A stretch of DNA of 64,000 nt. Origin: Synechococcus sp. UW140. Its GTDB lineage: Bacteria > Cyanobacteriota > Cyanobacteriia > PCC-6307 > Cyanobiaceae. Positions 63,369 through 64,000 of the stretch are shown here, one piece after another. Position 1 is the stretch's first letter. The number at the start of each line of letters is the position of its first letter. The notes under the pieces are model-generated. The model had not been told where the DNA came from and ran no database searches. It saw nothing but the letters and a program-made list of their open reading frames with translations. The position numbers and the translations under genes are program-made. The stretch lies in contig CALRNL020000012.1 of NCBI GenBank assembly GCA_943369525.1, forward strand, positions 8,998-72,997. Reading direction: 5' to 3'.

Positions 63369-64000
63369 TCACCAGGGGTCGCTCAGGTCCCGGCGGCTCC
63401 TGGGCAGGGGCTCGCCATCGTCGAGGGGTTCCACGTCGAGGGGCTCCTGGGAGCGGCGATAGCGGCGCTCGGGTAGGGGAGCTGCTGTCCGATAGGGGGG
63501 CTCTTGGTCAAGGGGCTGGCGGCCGGTCGGGGCCCCGCCGAAGTCGTCCGGTTCGAAACGCTGGCGGGGGTCGGCTGGCGACTCCGCCGCGTAGGGATCC
63601 CTGCCGCTCCGTTGCGAGCCCCGGGGTTGGGCAGCCAATCCTTCCGCTTCAAATCCTTCCGCTGCAAATCCTTCCGATCCGAACCCTCCTTCTTCAATTC
63701 TTGAGGCTTGCGAGCCAGGGCGACCAGGGCCAAAGCGCTCAGAATCAGGGCGCTCAGAACTAAACTTTTCTTGATCAAATCGTTCCTGACCAGACCGTTC
63801 CTGGCTAAACCGATCCGGGATGGGACGTTCCGGGCTGAGGCGTTGCGAAGCAACGCGATCGCCCCCATAGTCTTCGTCTCGATAGTCTTTTTCCCCATAG
63901 CCATCGCCGCCATCGCCATCGCGGCGATAGCGCCCGTCGTCCTCATCGAGGTAGCGGCGCTGGCGCAGGGGTTCTTGGGAGCGGCGTTCCACCTCGACGT
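63369..64000 (-). CDS. C-terminal part of an acidic/Arg-rich, repeat-containing disordered protein (5' end probably outside the window)
   Basis: The frame is open to the window edge, and the M in the track is a GTG at 63992. The sequence has ERF/DRF-type short repeats (PDRFSQERSGQERFDQEKFSSERPDSERF) and EGF-A-A repeats. No family recognised. Confidence 0.5.
   Translation of the reverse strand, partial: VEVERRSQEPLRQRRYLDEDDGRYRRDGDGGDGYGEKDYRDEDYGGDRVASQRLSPERPIPDRFSQERSGQERFDQEKFSSERPDSERFGPGRPGSQASRIEEGGFGSEGFAAEGFEAEGLAAQPRGSQRSGRDPYAAESPADPRQRFEPDDFGGAPTGRQPLDQEPPYRTAAPLPERRYRRSQEPLDVEPLDDGEPLPRSRRDLSDPW
63637..63696. repeat. 15-bp tandem repeat, 3 good copies plus 1 degenerate, inside the disordered-protein gene
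   Basis: aatccttccgcttca / aatccttccgctgca / aatccttccgatccg / aaccctccttcttca read directly. On the minus strand it encodes (E/S)EGF-x-A pentapeptide repeats. Confidence 0.85.

Noticed and set aside
63637-63696. CRISPR-like or other non-coding repeat array
   Set aside because: The repeats are directly abutting 15-bp units with no spacers. They lie inside an open reading frame and encode pentapeptide repeats, so this is not a CRISPR array.

Overview
High-G+C cyanobacterial chromosome. Gene content points to a phycocyanin-type Cyanobium / Synechococcus subcluster 5.2-like picocyanobacterium; this assignment is my inference. The window is densely packed with mostly core genes on both strands. 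Families I recognise, left to right: NblA-like, ABC-F ATPase, Nif11-domain protein, RHH protein, AnmK, 1-Cys peroxiredoxin, an ndh2-HAD-hflX block, CysH, CoaX, a PEBP/YbhB protein, Bcp, a RarA fusion, an RND efflux pair (adaptor plus permease), phosphoglucomutase, a PLD-family lipoprotein, a DUF4912 protein, CpcG, a CpcS-type lyase and SufR. These are followed by the divergent ftrC-sufBCDS, an aldo/keto reductase, DUF1543, MtnA, the OCP-CrtW-FRP photoprotection cassette, an aldolase/SDR fusion, a GltS-like permease, an S9 peptidase, Def, DUF3747 and RpsU. The right end carries ComM/YifB, HIT, an ABCD-type ABC transporter, an HLIP, two PD40 lipoproteins, Ycf66, PsbX, YggT, AccC, tRNA-Leu(GAG), an LpxB-related protein and MsrB. 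I found no rRNA, CRISPR array, transposase or integrase. Many long ORFs in the track are antisense or alternate-frame shadows typical of G+C-rich DNA and were not called. I see no clear-cut novel system. The most follow-up-worthy items are: (1) sufR, an unknown ORF and a phycobiliprotein lyase joined by overlapping stop/start codons; (2) a ycf66 / PD40 / PD40 lipoprotein operon; (3) a PLD lipoprotein with a canonical EF-hand loop and a low-G+C tail of tiny basic ORFs; (4) an A+T-rich islet plus about 290 nt of unassigned G+C-rich sequence after frp; (5) a low-G+C RND pair with no outer-membrane factor or regulator; (6) a recurring CTACGAT -10-like motif and an 11-mer repeated at stop codons. 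All family calls come from motif recognition by eye and memory; no searches were run.
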